DNA of 64,000 nt from Rhynchobatus australiae (taxonomy: Eukaryota): contig JAUZTB010000033.1 of assembly GCA_034780895.1 (NCBI GenBank), positions 31,337,894 to 31,401,893 of the forward strand. Direction: 5' to 3'. This document shows positions 1 to 12,489 of this stretch, piece by piece. Under the pieces are notes generated by a model that was not told where the DNA came from, ran no database searches, and was given only the letters and a program-made list of their open reading frames with translations. The position numbers and the translations under genes were made by a program. Each line of letters starts with the position of its first letter. Positions within the stretch are counted from its first letter, which is position 1.

Positions 1-213
1 GCAGACCTCTAAAGCACACACTTCACTGCACAGAAGTGGCCACTCAGTGAATGTTTTTTCACAATATTTGATTCTGGGAATATTCATCACTCCATTTCAT
101 AGTACTCAACTAATAGACTGAATTTCGAATTTTTATCAACATCATTGTTTATCTCTTGCATCGCAGCAGATTAAAATGCCAAAAAATCTCCTTCATACCA
201 GATTAATACCTAC

Positions 214-277
214 TTCCTTTTGAAGAACTGCTTTTTCCCGCTTATGATAGGCTTCCAGAAGTTCAGCAAGACGTTGC
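214..277 (-). CDS. PIK3C2A: PIK3C2A coding exon (7th coding exon in window), (R)QRLAELLEAYHKREKAVLQKE
   Basis: Acceptor gtttgcctag, donor GTAGGT; 64 nt, phase 2 to 0. Aligns with recalled human [21 protein letters not shown]. The gene continues beyond the left edge. Confidence 0.85.
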
Positions 278-379
278 CTAGGCAAACAACATATGGGCAT
301 AAGAGGAATATTTATAACGGAAATGTTCAAGAAAGTGCTAATTTGATAGCGAGATAAGTGAATGGACTTTTTTTTTTAC

Positions 380-459
380 CTTGTAGTAATTTGTTTGAAG
401 GGCTTTTCCAACTGATAGAGATACTTTGTGAAATCTGCAGGTACCTCATCATCTTCTGC
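380..459 (-). CDS. PIK3C2A: PIK3C2A coding exon (6th), [26 protein letters not shown](R)
   Basis: Acceptor gaacag, donor GTAAAA; 80 nt, phase 0 to 2. Matches human [27 protein letters not shown]. The following intron is only 102 nt. Confidence 0.92.
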
Positions 460-1572
460 CTGTTCATTATATACATTTATGTCAATACATTGCTACTTCC
501 AGTGAGATCAACAATTGCTGGCTACAACTATCTCGATCAACGAAGTAAGTGACAATATGTACAAATGCTCCATCCACTATTTTAGATTGGATTTTGCATT
601 CAAATTCATAATTGCATACATATTTTAATTCCAGTGATGCCAAATTGAATTGCTAAAGGATATGAACAATTACCCTTAATCTGAAATCTATGCAACTAAT
701 TGATTACTTCTCAATAAAAAAAAAGGCCTTCAAATATTGCTCATTAAATTCCAATTTTAAATAACATCAGTTTGCATGACCCCTGACCTCATCCCACCAA
801 CACAGAAAAAAATTGTAACAGTTGTTGGGAAGTAAAATTACTAAGCAACATCCAAAAGTGTAACCGAGTTACACATCGCAAAGTGGCAAACCTTGCACAA
901 AACCTATGAAGTTGCTATTAGCAATTGTCATTCAACAACAACAATCCCAAATTGTAAATCTCACACCTGAAAGCCTGGTTCTGTACTAAAAGTGACACAA
1001 GTCAATTGGTGCAAGAAGAGATGAAACAAAAGCAATTGGATCCAAAACTGTTTGGCTGAAATAAAGGATATTAGTCCAGAAGAAAAACAACATGGTAGAA
1101 CACAAATGTTGGTTTAATTTTAGACAAAACTGAAATATTTACATGTATTCAAAAATTATGTACAATTTGAAAAAAATGGTTCAGAGAAAATCCTTTTTTT
1201 TAAGCCTTACAAAAGGTTTTTCTTTTGATGAAATTTCTGCTGAAGTGAAATGCATCAATCTTGCCAAATAAAACACTTCTGCACTTGAAGCCCAATGTCA
1301 ACATCAGGGACCATGAGTTCAGACATAGTGTAATTGTACACATAGTGAAATTTCCAATTCTAATCTGCTCTCAAGAGAGTCCTTAGTAGATTAATCTACA
1401 AAAAACATATTTAAGCCTATCAATTTGTGACATTCAAGCAATTTTGTGCCAGGCCTAGTTCAGTTTACACCATAACATATACTTAAGTTAACTTCAATTT
1501 AGATTCTACGTTACCACCAAATCATTTTGCATGATCCAAAATAAAAAACGTCAACCAATAAACTGTGCTCAC

Positions 1573-1684
1573 CGTACGGGCCAGAGCCCTGCATATGGTA
1601 CTGTGGCTTAATAGCTGCAGCTTGATCTCAGTGTCACATTTTCGGCAGTTCTGAATGTACTCATGGCTACCTAAGCAGTGCTTA
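1573..1684 (-). CDS. PIK3C2A: PIK3C2A coding exon (5th), end of Ras-binding domain, (N)[37 protein letters not shown]
   Basis: Acceptor tcttgcag, donor GTGAGC; 112 nt, phase 2 to 0. Close to human [25 protein letters not shown]...LART. Confidence 0.95.
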
Positions 1685-2779
1685 CTGCAAGATACACAAA
1701 GAAACTTCAGACATTTCAAATTATATTTAAGGTCTTTTGTTTAAAAAACAGCCTTGATGGAGAATTTAATAGGTGCACCTTCAAATAATTACTCAAAGAG
1801 CAGCTGCATAAGCAATCTTAACTTTCATACACAGGCTACGACTTAGACTACAAGTTGGTTCCTTAAAAAAACTTGCGCCTGATTGAATTAAAATCCAATG
1901 AATGTTTTATGCCAGACCACTTGTAATTTTCACAATATGAATCATATACCAAATACTGTAATTTAATTTGTTCCTGATAGTATTTCACTTAAAGTCTGCT
2001 GCAGTCAATTACCTTTTAAACAATTACAAACATTAAATTATATTGGGAATTTCATTTTTAAAATCCCAATAGAAAATGCTATTTTAATCAATGCAACTTT
2101 AATACTCAAATATCTCATTTAGAATACCATATTTCTGGTTGATCAAGTTAATTTTCCATAACAGTTCAAACTTAATTTCTTTTAGAACATGACAACATTA
2201 ATATAGATGCATGACTAGGCCATTCAAACCCTCAATTTGCAATTTAATAAGATCATGATTGATCCTGTACCTCAGCATTACTTTCTTGTACTGACTCATA
2301 CCCTTCGATCCCCTCAACATTCGAAAATATCCAAAAATCTATGGATGGGAGAAACTTAAAAGAATGCTGTAGTATAAGGAAATTCATGCCTTTATGTTTA
2401 AATACGGCTGCATAATTCTTATAAATTGTTTTATGTCAGGAATGTAATTACTTTTATCTCAACATAACGTGGAACCTGATCTCTGATCAAGGCTATGATG
2501 GTTACATCATTTCCCAGCCACATGCAACATATTTCAACATTCAACCCAGTCACTATCACCTTGCCCCATGCAACGCAGTTACAGGCCAAAAAGCTGAGGT
2601 CAATTGCTGAAATTAACACCCTTGAATCAATTACTGGAAAATATGAGTGCTCAGACAATCAGTCACCTAAGAAATGTGCTTGATTATTAAGGTCATAAGG
2701 AAGCCCTACCCTTCTGTATTTCCTTTTCAACTCTACTGGAGAAAGAATTTCTGAGATAGTAAAGCAAGCTCTACAACTG

Positions 2780-3040
2780 GTCTCTTCAGTTAGTTTAAGA
2801 GAAGACATGGAAAATTTGGAAGAACAGCAGGTGAATTCTCCCCAAAGTCTTGGTGGTATTCATCGTTCACTCAATACGACTGGTACTAAAAGAGGTGATC
2901 TATTCTTTATCACATCACTTCCTGTAATTAAACTGGGCGTCATATTTCCTACATTATAACATTTCAAATAAAAGAACACCTTGGCTATAAATTATGTTCG
3001 GATATCCTGACAGGCATCATTCACATCCGAATCTTTTTCT
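2780..3040 (+). mobile_element. Decayed Deu-domain SINE (SacSINE1/AmnSINE1-like)
   Basis: gaagaacagcaggtgaattctcccc...tttcctacattataac...ttggctataaa resembles the Deu-SINE core and tail; highly diverged. Confidence 0.55.
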
Positions 3041-3359
3041 TGCCCCAGAATAGATAATCAGCAATAATTGAAAGTGAGCACAGAGATCAGATTCAGTTTG
3101 AAGTTAAAGCTATTCAAAACAGAAAAATAACATAGGATTTAACCAAAGCCACAAATAATGATGTTAAATGTATAGAATTAAGAAGTACATATTGCATCCG
3201 ATCACAAACAACTCTGACAAATAATAAGTAACAAATAAAAATAATTTAAATAAGCACTCAAATAATCCTATAGGCCAAATTATTTTCCTTCTAATGTAAG
3301 TTGTCATTTCCTAATGATAGTAATGAGAAGATGTATTAACTAGGATTTTGGAACCTTAC

Positions 3360-3480
3360 TTCTGTAAGACTTCTTCCTGTCCACAGACTTTCAATATGTA
3401 GCTCCCAATGTCAACCTTATTTAGGTCATCATGAGCCCAGCACAGAGCCTGCATTATAATAAGCTCTACATGAGAGCTTA
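3360..3480 (-). CDS. PIK3C2A: PIK3C2A coding exon (4th), Ras-binding domain, [40 protein letters not shown]
   Basis: Acceptor ctttttgcag, donor GTAAGG; 121 nt, phase 1 to 2. Near-identical to human [40 protein letters not shown]. Confidence 0.96.
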
Positions 3481-4989
3481 CTGCAAAAAGAAAAGCAAAA
3501 GGTTAAAATTTAGTAAGATGCAGTAAAAGGACATACAAGAATCATTTGCGTCACGATTTGTGCAAATAATTTTATTAATAACAACACAAGATTGGTTTGA
3601 GATAACTCCCCAGGCTTGCAGTGCATTTTCTTGGTTGCTTTTAAATAATCTCTTAATGTTTTGGGTGAAAACTCTAATTTTAAAGTAGTGTGAATAAAGA
3701 GCAAAATCTATTTAATTGGTATAGCCTCCTTCCGATTGGGCATTTCCACCTGAACATCTAAAGTTACAGTAAGTATACAAGTGTGGTTAAAAATTCAGCT
3801 GAAAATTTTATTAATTCAACTAAGGATCAATGTTACGCAAGGTTTAAAAAGATTGCATGTGCACCATTACTGAAGTGAGTAAACACCATCAACTATTTAA
3901 TTCTTAGTTAACTATTCAGTTCAAAGACAATAAATATAGATGTCAGTTAATTATGTTAAAATGTTAAGTGTTCTGATGCATATAGAACTGAAATTTGACA
4001 GTAAGCAATTTAGGAGGGAGAATTATTGGAAAAAAATAACTGAGGATACGATTAGGGAAATGAGATTCAAGAAGACTTCTGAAAGGTATGAGTATACATG
4101 ACAAAGAATATTAAGAAAAGGCTCCAGAGTTACAAGACCAAGTTAGCTGAAGGTTCAGGATCCAAACATGGGTTTCACACTCTTCCATACAAGAATGGAA
4201 ATTCATTCAGTGTGTAAAGGTCACAGTACACACCCAGAGAACAATGTAGGAGCAATGGATTGGAGAAGATTTTTAAAGAAGTCAAGCAGTCTAAGTCTGA
4301 GTAGTGCTGGTCTATGATTCATGCACAGTTTAATTTCACGTGGTCTATTACTCGTGGTCCTGCTTTTCATTGTTTTGGATGCAGGTCCTGCCCTACATCA
4401 GAGAATAATTTTCAACATTCATTGATCTGTTTGCATTTTTTTTTAATTCTGTGAAAAGACGGGGATGATGACTGGAGTTTTCCTTGGCAATCTTTGAAGC
4501 TCTCATTCTGAAAGTATGAGATTGTTGTTTACATTTATTGTTCTGAATCCATGTAATCCTCCATCCGTGACTCAAAAATGCATCACTAGTGCAAAGGTTG
4601 TTCAAACTAAGCAACAGTGCAAAAGTGTGATTCAATGTGAAACTGGACATTCTTAAGTGAAATAAATGTGGTGATTATGGTGTTGACATCACTCACTATC
4701 CTGGCTTGTTGCCGTTGACCATTGCTCCATCCTGTGAAACAGCGATGAGATCAGTGAGAAAGCAAAGCTTACAACACAGCATTCGACACAAGATAACAGA
4801 CTATGTAGTGAAGCAAAAGATGTAATGGAATGAAGGCTGGCTACAAAGCTTGATCTTCAGCAGAATGACATACCAATTAGCTTTGCCCTTATCTAGCAAA
4901 AGATTATTAGTCTTCATAAAGACATCAAGGAATAAGAGATAGAAAGCTCTACTGTAGCCCTGCTGCAAAATAAAACACTGTTGCTGCAA

Positions 4990-5330
4990 GCTTTATTTGC
5001 TTGCAACAGTTGCAGACATGGCACAGTTTTAAGAATGTACAAAGTGTAGGGGGAATCCAAGTGCCAACATCGATGCCTTCTGGACACTTTGCGGCAAATC
5101 ACAGGACAGTAGTTTTGAACAACACCAAGTATCAAAACAGGTGCCATCAAGAACCTATACTTCCATCAATGAGCAAAGTACTTCTGCTTTTAAAGCTTCG
5201 GAAAGGCCATCTTACTTTTTTTTATTAGATTGTAATACAAAAGGTGACAGGAGACTGGAAGCTTTCCTGATTTACCACAGCAAGAACTTATGGGCAATTA
5301 AGAATTATGTGAAGTCTCCTGGAAATCACA
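4990..5330 (+). mobile_element. Tigger/pogo-family DNA transposase fragment (decayed)
   Basis: ORF 5141-5347 MPSRTYTSINEQSTSAFKASERPSYFFLLDCNTKGDRRLEAFLIYHSKNLWAIKNYVKS matches the recalled Tigger1/TIGD1 segment [58 protein letters not shown]. Confidence 0.8.
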
Positions 5331-5375
5331 CTGTTAGGCGTGGATAATGCAACAGATCATCCAGGAGTGGTTTAG

Positions 5376-5720
5376 GTGGCACAATCACACAGCTGGTGGA
5401 GCCAGTGACCCAGTTTCAATTCTAATCCATGGTGCTGTCTGTTTGTTCTCCCTGAGACCTTGCGCATTTCTGCTGGGTGCTCCAGTTTTCTTACACATCC
5501 CAAAAGTAGATAGGTTAATTGGCAACCTAAAACTGCCCCTAGAATGTTGGTGAGTGGCAAAGTTTTAGGGAAGTAGATGGGATTGTGGGTAGAATAAAAT
5601 AGTATGAGTGTATGATTAGTGCAAATCATCCTTGCCCTTTTCCAGCAAAAGACTATTGATGGTTGGCATGGACTCGATGGGCTGAAGGGCCTGTTTCTCT
5701 ACTGATGGCTCTGTGACTCC
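5376..5720 (+). mobile_element. V-SINE (HE1-like) with CR1-type 3' tail
   Basis: tRNA-like head, V-domain (ttctccctg...gggtgctccagttttcttacacatcccaaa), tail gatgggctgaagggcctgtttct. Confidence 0.75.
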
Positions 5721-8700
5721 ACTTTGTGCTTGAGATGAAATAGCATTAGGCAAAAGAAAAATTTATCTTTATGATTCTCCTTACTTTGGATGATACCGGT
5801 GCTCAGAATTTGGACAATAAGACCCTTTCTTGCATTCTCCATTATAATAATTCTTAAGTAAATCATTATTCATCGCACTTTCCTGGCAAGCATCTACAAT
5901 GAATAACAAGGACCCACTGTACATTGTGTTTTGCTGATTATGTCTAATGTTGTTGCAATACAGGCAGAGAACTAACATTCATTACCAAAGTGATTAGACT
6001 TCAAAAAAATTCTTTGGCTTGGTCACATCCTTGTCCTAAAGAGCACTATATAATTGCAAGTTCTTGTCTGTTTTCTGGAGACCAAGACCATGACTATTTC
6101 TGCTAAAATCTTTAGGCAGCTCTTAAAAACCTCAAAAATCTAGCCAAGTTTAGATGCTGGATTAAATCACCATGAACATTTCAGTCTCACTCTTCTATTT
6201 TTGTCTAGTGACATAATAAATGAAGTATGACATTATCGAAATTGGCAGACAGTATATACTTAACTCCAAACATACAGATGAATGTCCTGACATTCTGCGA
6301 ACATGCTATTATATGGACTCAAGCAAATAAATTGCATGCCATATTTCTGTTCAATTATAAATCTAGTTTAGGTGTACAAATAAGAGTTTTGAAACAAAGA
6401 TCAAGCTGCCACAATCAGTACGTCATGTCTGAGGCAATAATAAATTAAAACTTGTATTGTTTTTTCAAATTAAAAATAAGCATCTAATATTAAAATGTTT
6501 TCTAACAAACTATTGAAAGATTGAGAAGTATTCCTTAAGCCATTCTAGTGTCTTTCTCAAATAACAGAAACAATTATGTTACACAACTGTGTTTAAGGGT
6601 TACTTTTTGAAGCAGTCAACAGAAAATTATTGTATAGCGGCAATACTGCATGCACGTGAAAGGTTGCAGTTTTATGAGCATCATATGCTGTGGTTTGAAA
6701 CAATTTGCAAAAGCAAAATCTCCAGATACATTATTGTATGAAATTTGAAGTTAGTCATGCAAGGTGAGAGATTAAAAATGTGACCTGCCTAGAGTTGTCA
6801 AGATTAAGTTGCAGGTCGTGAAAATTTCAAATACTTTCAGAAGCTAATTTACTGAGTATTTTTAGCACATCTCATTATAGTTATTCAACACCAATTAAAA
6901 TAGATTTGTAACACTTCTGCTGTGTTCCGTATTTAATTATGAAAACTAATGTTTTATTGAGCCACCCTAAAATAGGCAATTAAGATAGAAAGTGAATGTT
7001 GCAAATAGAAATGGAAAGTCCCACTTAGGAGAAGTAAAACTAAATCCAAGACAGAGTGTCTTTCCCTCATGGCCAAATTTGTTGCTGCTGTTCCTTTGAA
7101 TAAGTACATTGGAAAAGTACATTGGTTACTAAGTTTCTCTATGGAGCTGTTGCTCCAAATGTTATGAATGACACAGGCAGTTTAGCTCTCAATTACTGAT
7201 ATCCAAGGTAATAGGATTTAACTGATGGTGTCGGGTGGAAAAATAGGACAGAAGTACTCGTAATGAAATCTGACATCTACCTGTCCCTTTTTCATCCTAT
7301 CCAAGTAATTTTCTTAACCACAAGCATTTGAATGGAATTCAGCTTCCACAATTACCTTATAGCCATAACTCACTCACAATCAGTAATAAAGCCAACAAAA
7401 ATATTTTGGGGACTGCACTGCTTAGTTTGTCGATGAAGTTCAAAGTCATGACATAAAAACAAAGCTGAAATCTGTCCCTTCCAGCTGGAGATCAAAAGGC
7501 TTGCAGATTGGAAGTTCATTTCATCCATGATTTACATCAGAAAGGTCTACAAAAACTGCTCACAAATATTTTCCATCAAGACCAGCAAGGAATGTATACC
7601 GAAAAACATAATTTAACCTATTATTAGCTGAAGCAATATTTGATTTTCACTTCTTTGCTATCTCATATTGTTCCTGTTAATCCAGTTATAATTCAATAGT
7701 TTAGGCTGTGAGCAGCAGAGCGTATGTGGTATTTTATACCTTCTGGAAGTACACAATGGAAAAGAAAATTAATGTGGTTGACATAACAAAAGGTAATGGT
7801 TAACACCTTGGGCATACAATTTGAAATCAAGACATATCAGCATCAGATTTCATGTCCACATATGGACACAAGTTGATAGAAAGCCAATATCCACATTAAA
7901 AGACTTCTTTATTTGAAACATTGAGATTTGCATTGATAGTCAAATACAAAGAGAGATGCAAGTGACATGGAGGTCTTGAAGAAAAAAAATGAAGGTGGGG
8001 TGGGGAAGAAAATGGGCCTCTGCAGCCTACACTTAACACTGCAGTTGCAGGAAAGAATGTGCATTGGCACTAAGGACCAAATTTGAAGGCTCTCATCTTG
8101 TGTGTTCACACCTATATGAATGTCAGTTTAACCTGGGCTCTCAGCTTAATTTAGCCTTTGTGATCCTAGGTTTTTAAAGGGAGTTTTATCATTACAACTC
8201 TTACCACTTTACACTTACAAGATTTGAAAACAATTAATGCAAGTCTTCCAAGGCATGAAGTTTCATGTCCTCTCCCAATGCAAGGTCACATGCTAAATGC
8301 AGGAACCCTGATAAGCCAATCAATTGAGCAGATCAAAAGGCTGGGTCTTTCCCACTCTGCCTCCACTGGCTTGGACTACCCAAGGTGGTGGAGGCAAGTA
8401 CTGTCACAACATTAAAGCAGCATCTGGACCAGCACTTGAATTGCCAAGGCATAGTCGGCCATGAAGAATGTGCTGGTAGGTGGAATTAGTATAAATAGGT
8501 ACATGATGGTTGGCCTGGAAATGATGGCCAAAGGACCTGTTTTTGTGCTGTACTATTCTTGCAACTTAATTTAGTTGAGCTATTAATTAGCTATACCACT
8601 GGCAAACCAAAGGCTGTTAAGTAGACTTAATTAACTTTTAGTTCTAGTCTTAAAAGATGCTTACTTTGTTTAAAAAATTTTGGGTCACATACATGTTGTA

Positions 8701-9039
8701 AGGACATTAAGTTGCCAAAATAAATGCTTTAACATTCTTTAGATTTTTCTGTAACTCATATTCCTTCTGAANNNNNNNNNNNNNNNTTAAGAGCCTTGTC
8801 ATTTTTGCTTTAATTCAAAGATGAAGATAAACAGGAATTCTCATTCCAGTCATTCCATTAAATATTCAGACTCTTTCTTCTGCAGACATCCTGTTATTGA
8901 AGCCTATGTGCTTGGGAAGATGCCTGCAAATTATAACATCTAACTTCAGAAAAGATATTCCACACGATAAAACAAATCCCACAAAGTGCTAAGTTCCAGA
9001 CATAGTGCCAAAAGATGCTGAACAAGAACCTCAAAGGAT

Positions 9040-9200
9040 GCAATACACAAAAAGTGCTGGAGGAATTCAGCAGGTCAGGCAGCATTCATGGAGGGAAATA
9101 AACGGTTGACGTTTTGGGCTGAGACCCTTCATCGGGACTGGAAAGGAAGAGGGTAGGAGCCAGAATAAAAAGGTTGGAGGGGGGGGAGGGGAAAGGGATG
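9040..9200 (-). mobile_element. Penelope-like element terminal repeat with decayed hammerhead ribozyme core
   Basis: Minus strand reads CAGTC-CCGATGA-AGGGTCTCAGCCC-AAAAC-GTC-AACCG...gctgcctgacctgctgaattcctccagcac, the typical end of fish Penelope-like elements. Confidence 0.75.
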
Positions 9201-10707
9201 ACACACCCACCAGAACATTCATGTCTGTATTTTTTTGTTGGGTGGACGGGGAAAAAAATGCAGCAGGTATACATCAGCTTCATGTGAATATAAAATGAAC
9301 AAATAACATTCATTAATAGAGTATTGAGTATTCCCTAGATGATCTGCAAGGTCATTGATTCCTCAAAAGATCTCAATTCCTTTGAAGTAGATTTGTACAA
9401 ATAGGTATTAAACCAGGATGATGCAGGGTAGAATGATGACAGAATCCACAGTTATCAATACTGATTACTTGGAAGTTTGTCACAATTTACATGCTAACTC
9501 AAAAGATCAAATTATTTTTTTTAAATCAGTCTCTTTTTCCAATGTCAAAAGATCTTTAATGGGTATCAAGGTGGGAGATGCATCAGGTCATGTGTACAAT
9601 TTAATTGTTGCTAATGCCTCTCAATATCTCAAAATTTAGTTTGTCTTTCCTGAATCAACACCGTTTAGCACAGTGATAAAGCCAGCAACACCATGGTGAT
9701 ATCAAACAATCTTCACCACAATATTCAAGATGAAGTCCTGAATCACCAACAGTTGGAGACTAGTTGGGGATAATCAGCACAGGGATTTTGAGATTCCATT
9801 GTCCATGTTGCACTTGGATACCAATCAGTGCAGGTTTAAAATCTTGGATCTCCTATCACACCACACATATTGGAGCAGTTCAAGTACGAAGTTTACCACC
9901 ATTTCCATGGCAAATCACTACCGATTAAAAAATGTTTTTTTAAAATGCCTTTGTAGTGTATTCCATCCTGATTAGATACAAAAAAACAGAACTCTGGAGA
10001 CATTTTGTGTGGTTTAGTTGTACACACTGACCAAACTACACAACTTAGGCAAACATTTAATTTGGCCTTTTTTTACTCAACGTTATAAATATATTTTACA
10101 GCATGCATAAGCTAAGATATCGATTCAATCAATGATTTTCAGTTACACTTAAAGTTATTTGACTTGGATTTATGTTACCTGGTAAAAAGATTCAAACAGG
10201 ATTTCTGCTATCCTATCATCAGGCAAATACAGTCATTTGTTTCTGGTTGTTAGTTCCCTGTGAAACTATTTATTTCGCAAGTTTCATTTTGCACAACTAA
10301 ATACCCATGATTTATTTTGAATGTCACTCTTCAGCCATCCAACCCAAAATAGTCTAGATACTTGCTGCTTTTAGATAGCTGATAAAATAACATTTAGATT
10401 TATCAGAAGTTTTTGCAGTTTTCAACTTCATAAATGCATTTCCCAAGTTTTTTTTTGGATTATGCAGAATTATACCCCTATAATTTACTCATCTCTCATT
10501 TCAAAATGTAGTGTTGATTATCCAATTGCCAAAAACAGAGTGTTTGGTTAAGATTTAGTATTTGGTAGTTTGCAACTTGAAAAAAAACACAGGTGAGTAA
10601 GCAGCATTTGTGCAAACATTCCTTTTGAACCTGCACAAAATCAATACACATCTTGTATTGTAGCACTTTGGACAATCTATGCTTTAGTGTAAGTGATTAT
10701 AGCTTAC

Positions 10708-10865
10708 CATCACAGGTGAATGTGACTGGCTGTTGAAATTCTTCAATTTCTATGGAGACTTTCACACTTGCATTTTCTCCATTCATGTCGCGGTGAAGCA
10801 TTACAGGACTCAAAACATAACCTGGATTGGTGGAGTGGTTAGTAAATGGAAATGTGGATCGTAAC
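10708..10865 (-). CDS. PIK3C2A: PIK3C2A coding exon (3rd), start of Ras-binding domain, [52 protein letters not shown]
   Basis: Acceptor ttttgcattttag, donor GTAAGC; 158 nt, phase 2 to 1. Matches human [21 protein letters not shown]...[24 protein letters not shown]. Confidence 0.96.
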
Positions 10866-11189
10866 CTAAAATGCAAAAGTTATTTGAACTTCAGACAAAT
10901 ATTTAGATTCAAATGCCTATGATATCAATTTGCATTGCACAATTTTGCTGTAAAGCTGTTTCTTGTTGTGGCTTCCAATGTTAAATTTAGTTTTTAATTG
11001 GATAGTAAGATTAAGTACAGTATCAACACCTCACTAAGGCATTATATTTAACTCCACCCACCAAATATATTCAACTTACTGATCCTTCAAATGTTCTAAA
11101 ACCATTTTTAAAGGTTTATTAAATATCCATTTCAGAATTCACAGTCACATTTGCAAAGTCTTGCAGTATTACAAAAGTGATTTCAACTG

Positions 11190-12395
11190 TCTCACTAATC
11201 TGTTAAAGTTTTTTTTGAAGAGGTAACCGAGAGGATTTATGAGGGCAGGGTGTTGGATGTTGTCTATGGGGATTTTAGCAAGGCTTTTGACAAGGTCCCA
11301 CATGGAAGGCTAGACTAGGTTAGATCACATAGAGCTAGCTTACTGGATACATTACTGGCTTGATGGTAGGAAGCAGAGGGTGATGGTGGAAGGTTGTTTA
11401 TTGGACTAGAGGCCTGTGACTAGTGGTGTGTCACAGGGATTGTTGCTGGGGATTTTGTTGTTCATCATTGCTGCTGATGAACAACAATACTGATAACACT
11501 AAAACAGGTAGCATCGTAGACAGTGAATGTGGTCATCAAAAATTACAGGGAGATCTTAATCAGCTTGGTAAGTAGGCCAAGGAACAGCAAATAGCATTCA
11601 ATTCATACAAGTCAAAGGTGTTGCATTTAGGGAAGTGAAAACCAGGGTAGGACTTTCACAGTGAACACTGGGGCCCTGGGGAGCATTATAGAACAGGAGC
11701 ACAAATATGTAGTTCCCCAAAAATAGATTCACAGATAAACAGGGTGGTGAAGAAAGTATTTGGCATTCTGACCTTCATCAGTCAATGTACTGAGTATAAG
11801 AGTTGGAACATTATGTCGCAGCAGTGCAAGATGTTGGTGAGGCTGCACCTGAAGCATTGTGTACAGTTTTGGTTACCCTGTTATAGTAAAGACTTCAATA
11901 AAATGGAAAGAATGCAAAGAAGATTTTTGAGAATGTTGCCAGGACAAGAGAGCCTGAGTTATAGGGAGAGATTGGGCAGGCTAGGTCTTTATTCTTTGGC
12001 TGTAAGAAACCGAGGGGCTACCTTACAAAGGTGTATAAAATCATGAGGGGCATAGATAGGGTGAATACTCAAAGTCTTTTGCCCCATGGAAAGTGAATCA
12101 CAAATTACAGGTCATGGATTTAAGGTGAGAGGGGAAAGATTTAAAAAGGACCTGAGGGGCAGCTTCTTCGCGCAGCGGGTGATGCATATATGGAACGAGC
12201 TTCCAGAGGAAATGGTTGAGGCAGGAATAACAACAACATTTAAAAAGCCAATTGGACAAGTGCATGGATAGGAAAGGCTTAAGAGGCATATAGGCCAAAC
12301 GCAGGCAAACAGAACTAGATTACAAGAGCAACTTGGTCAGCATGGACAAATTGGGTTGAAGGGCCTGTTTCAATGCTGTATTACTCTATTACTCG
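11190..12395 (+). mobile_element. CR1 LINE, 5'-truncated (RT C-terminus plus 3' tail)
   Basis: DFSKAFDKVPH-coding sequence, peptides VRLHLKHCVQFW, LSYRERLGRLGLYSL, FFAQRVMHIWNELP; tail gggttgaagggcctgtttc...ttactctattactc. Confidence 0.9.
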
Positions 12396-12489
12396 AATTT
12401 ATCTCATAACTCCAAAGATTCAGTTAGCCGTCGAAAAAAAGGCCAACTAATCAAGTGTAACAGACTAGCAGAGACTGAGGATCAGCTAA

